Below, in pieces: positions 63,462-64,000 of a stretch of DNA of 64,000 bases. A model generated the notes under the pieces. The model made no database searches. It was not told the origin of the DNA and saw nothing but the letters and a program-made list of their open reading frames with translations. The position numbers and the translations under genes are program-made. Numbering within the stretch: the first letter of the stretch is position 1; the number at the start of each line of letters is the position of its first letter. Source of the stretch: Mobula hypostoma (lineage: Eukaryota); NCBI RefSeq assembly GCF_963921235.1, contig NC_086118.1, positions 17,362,001 to 17,426,000 on the forward strand, read 5' to 3'.

Positions 63462-64000
63462 CTGACTGGCAGACCACAGTACATGTGCTTGCAACACTGT
63501 GTGTCTGACAGAGTGATCAGCAGCACTGGGGCTCCACAGGGGACTGTCTTGTCTCCCTTTCTCTTCACCATTTACACCTCAGACTTCAACTACTGCACGG
63601 AGTCTTGTCATCTTCAGAAGTTTTCTGATGACTCTGCCATAGTTGGATGCATCAGCAAGGGAGATGAGGTTGAGTACAGGGCTACGGTAGGAAACTTTGT
63701 CACATGGTGTGAGCAGAATTATCTGCAGCTTAATGTGAAAAAGACTAAGGAGCTGGTGGTAGACCTGAGGAGAGCTAAGGTACCGGTGACCCCTGTTTCC
63801 ATCCAGGGGGTCAATGTGGACATGGTGGAGGATTACAAATACCTGGGGATATGAATTGACAATAAACTGGACTGGTCAAAGAACACTGAGGCTGTCTACA
63901 AGAAGGGTCAGAGCCGTTTCTATTTCCTGGGGAGACTGAGGTCCTTTAACATCTGCCGGACGATGCTGAGGATGTTCTACGAGTCTGTGGTGGCCAGTGC
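63462..64000 (+). mobile_element. Rex1/Babar-type LINE RT (runs off the window)
   Basis: TGAPQGTVLSPFLF, KFSDDSAIVG, LNVKKTKELVVD, YKYLG. Confidence 0.9.

Noticed and set aside
253..64000. The many 60-130 aa ORFs in the track as host genes
   Set aside because: They are alternative-frame or antisense readings of repeats, or chance ORFs with no recognisable domain.

Overview
This is AT-rich vertebrate DNA made almost entirely of transposable-element remnants. The repeat content (V-SINE/HE1-like SINEs, many CR1 and Rex1/Babar LINEs) points to a cartilaginous fish, probably a ray or shark; that is an inference. I could not identify any host protein-coding gene with confidence, so the window looks intronic or intergenic. 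The main structure is a 6.6 kb head-to-head inverted Penelope-like element (PLE, Neptune-type: RT + Cys-rich linker + GIY-YIG) at 11829-18404. It sits inside a Rex1 LINE with a perfect 15-bp target-site duplication (TSD). Each arm carries a minimal type I hammerhead-ribozyme motif in its 3' UTR. The same 3' end recurs across the window as 120-200 bp non-autonomous fold-back insertions with 12-15 bp TSDs, and their inversion junctions fall in or beside the hammerhead motif. Also present: a near full-length CR1 with a zinc-finger/esterase ORF1, nested CR1s, RTE and L2 remnants, Tc1 derivatives, a Gypsy chromovirus remnant and a solo LTR. Boundaries of old degenerate elements are approximate. Family names come from motif recognition, not database searches.
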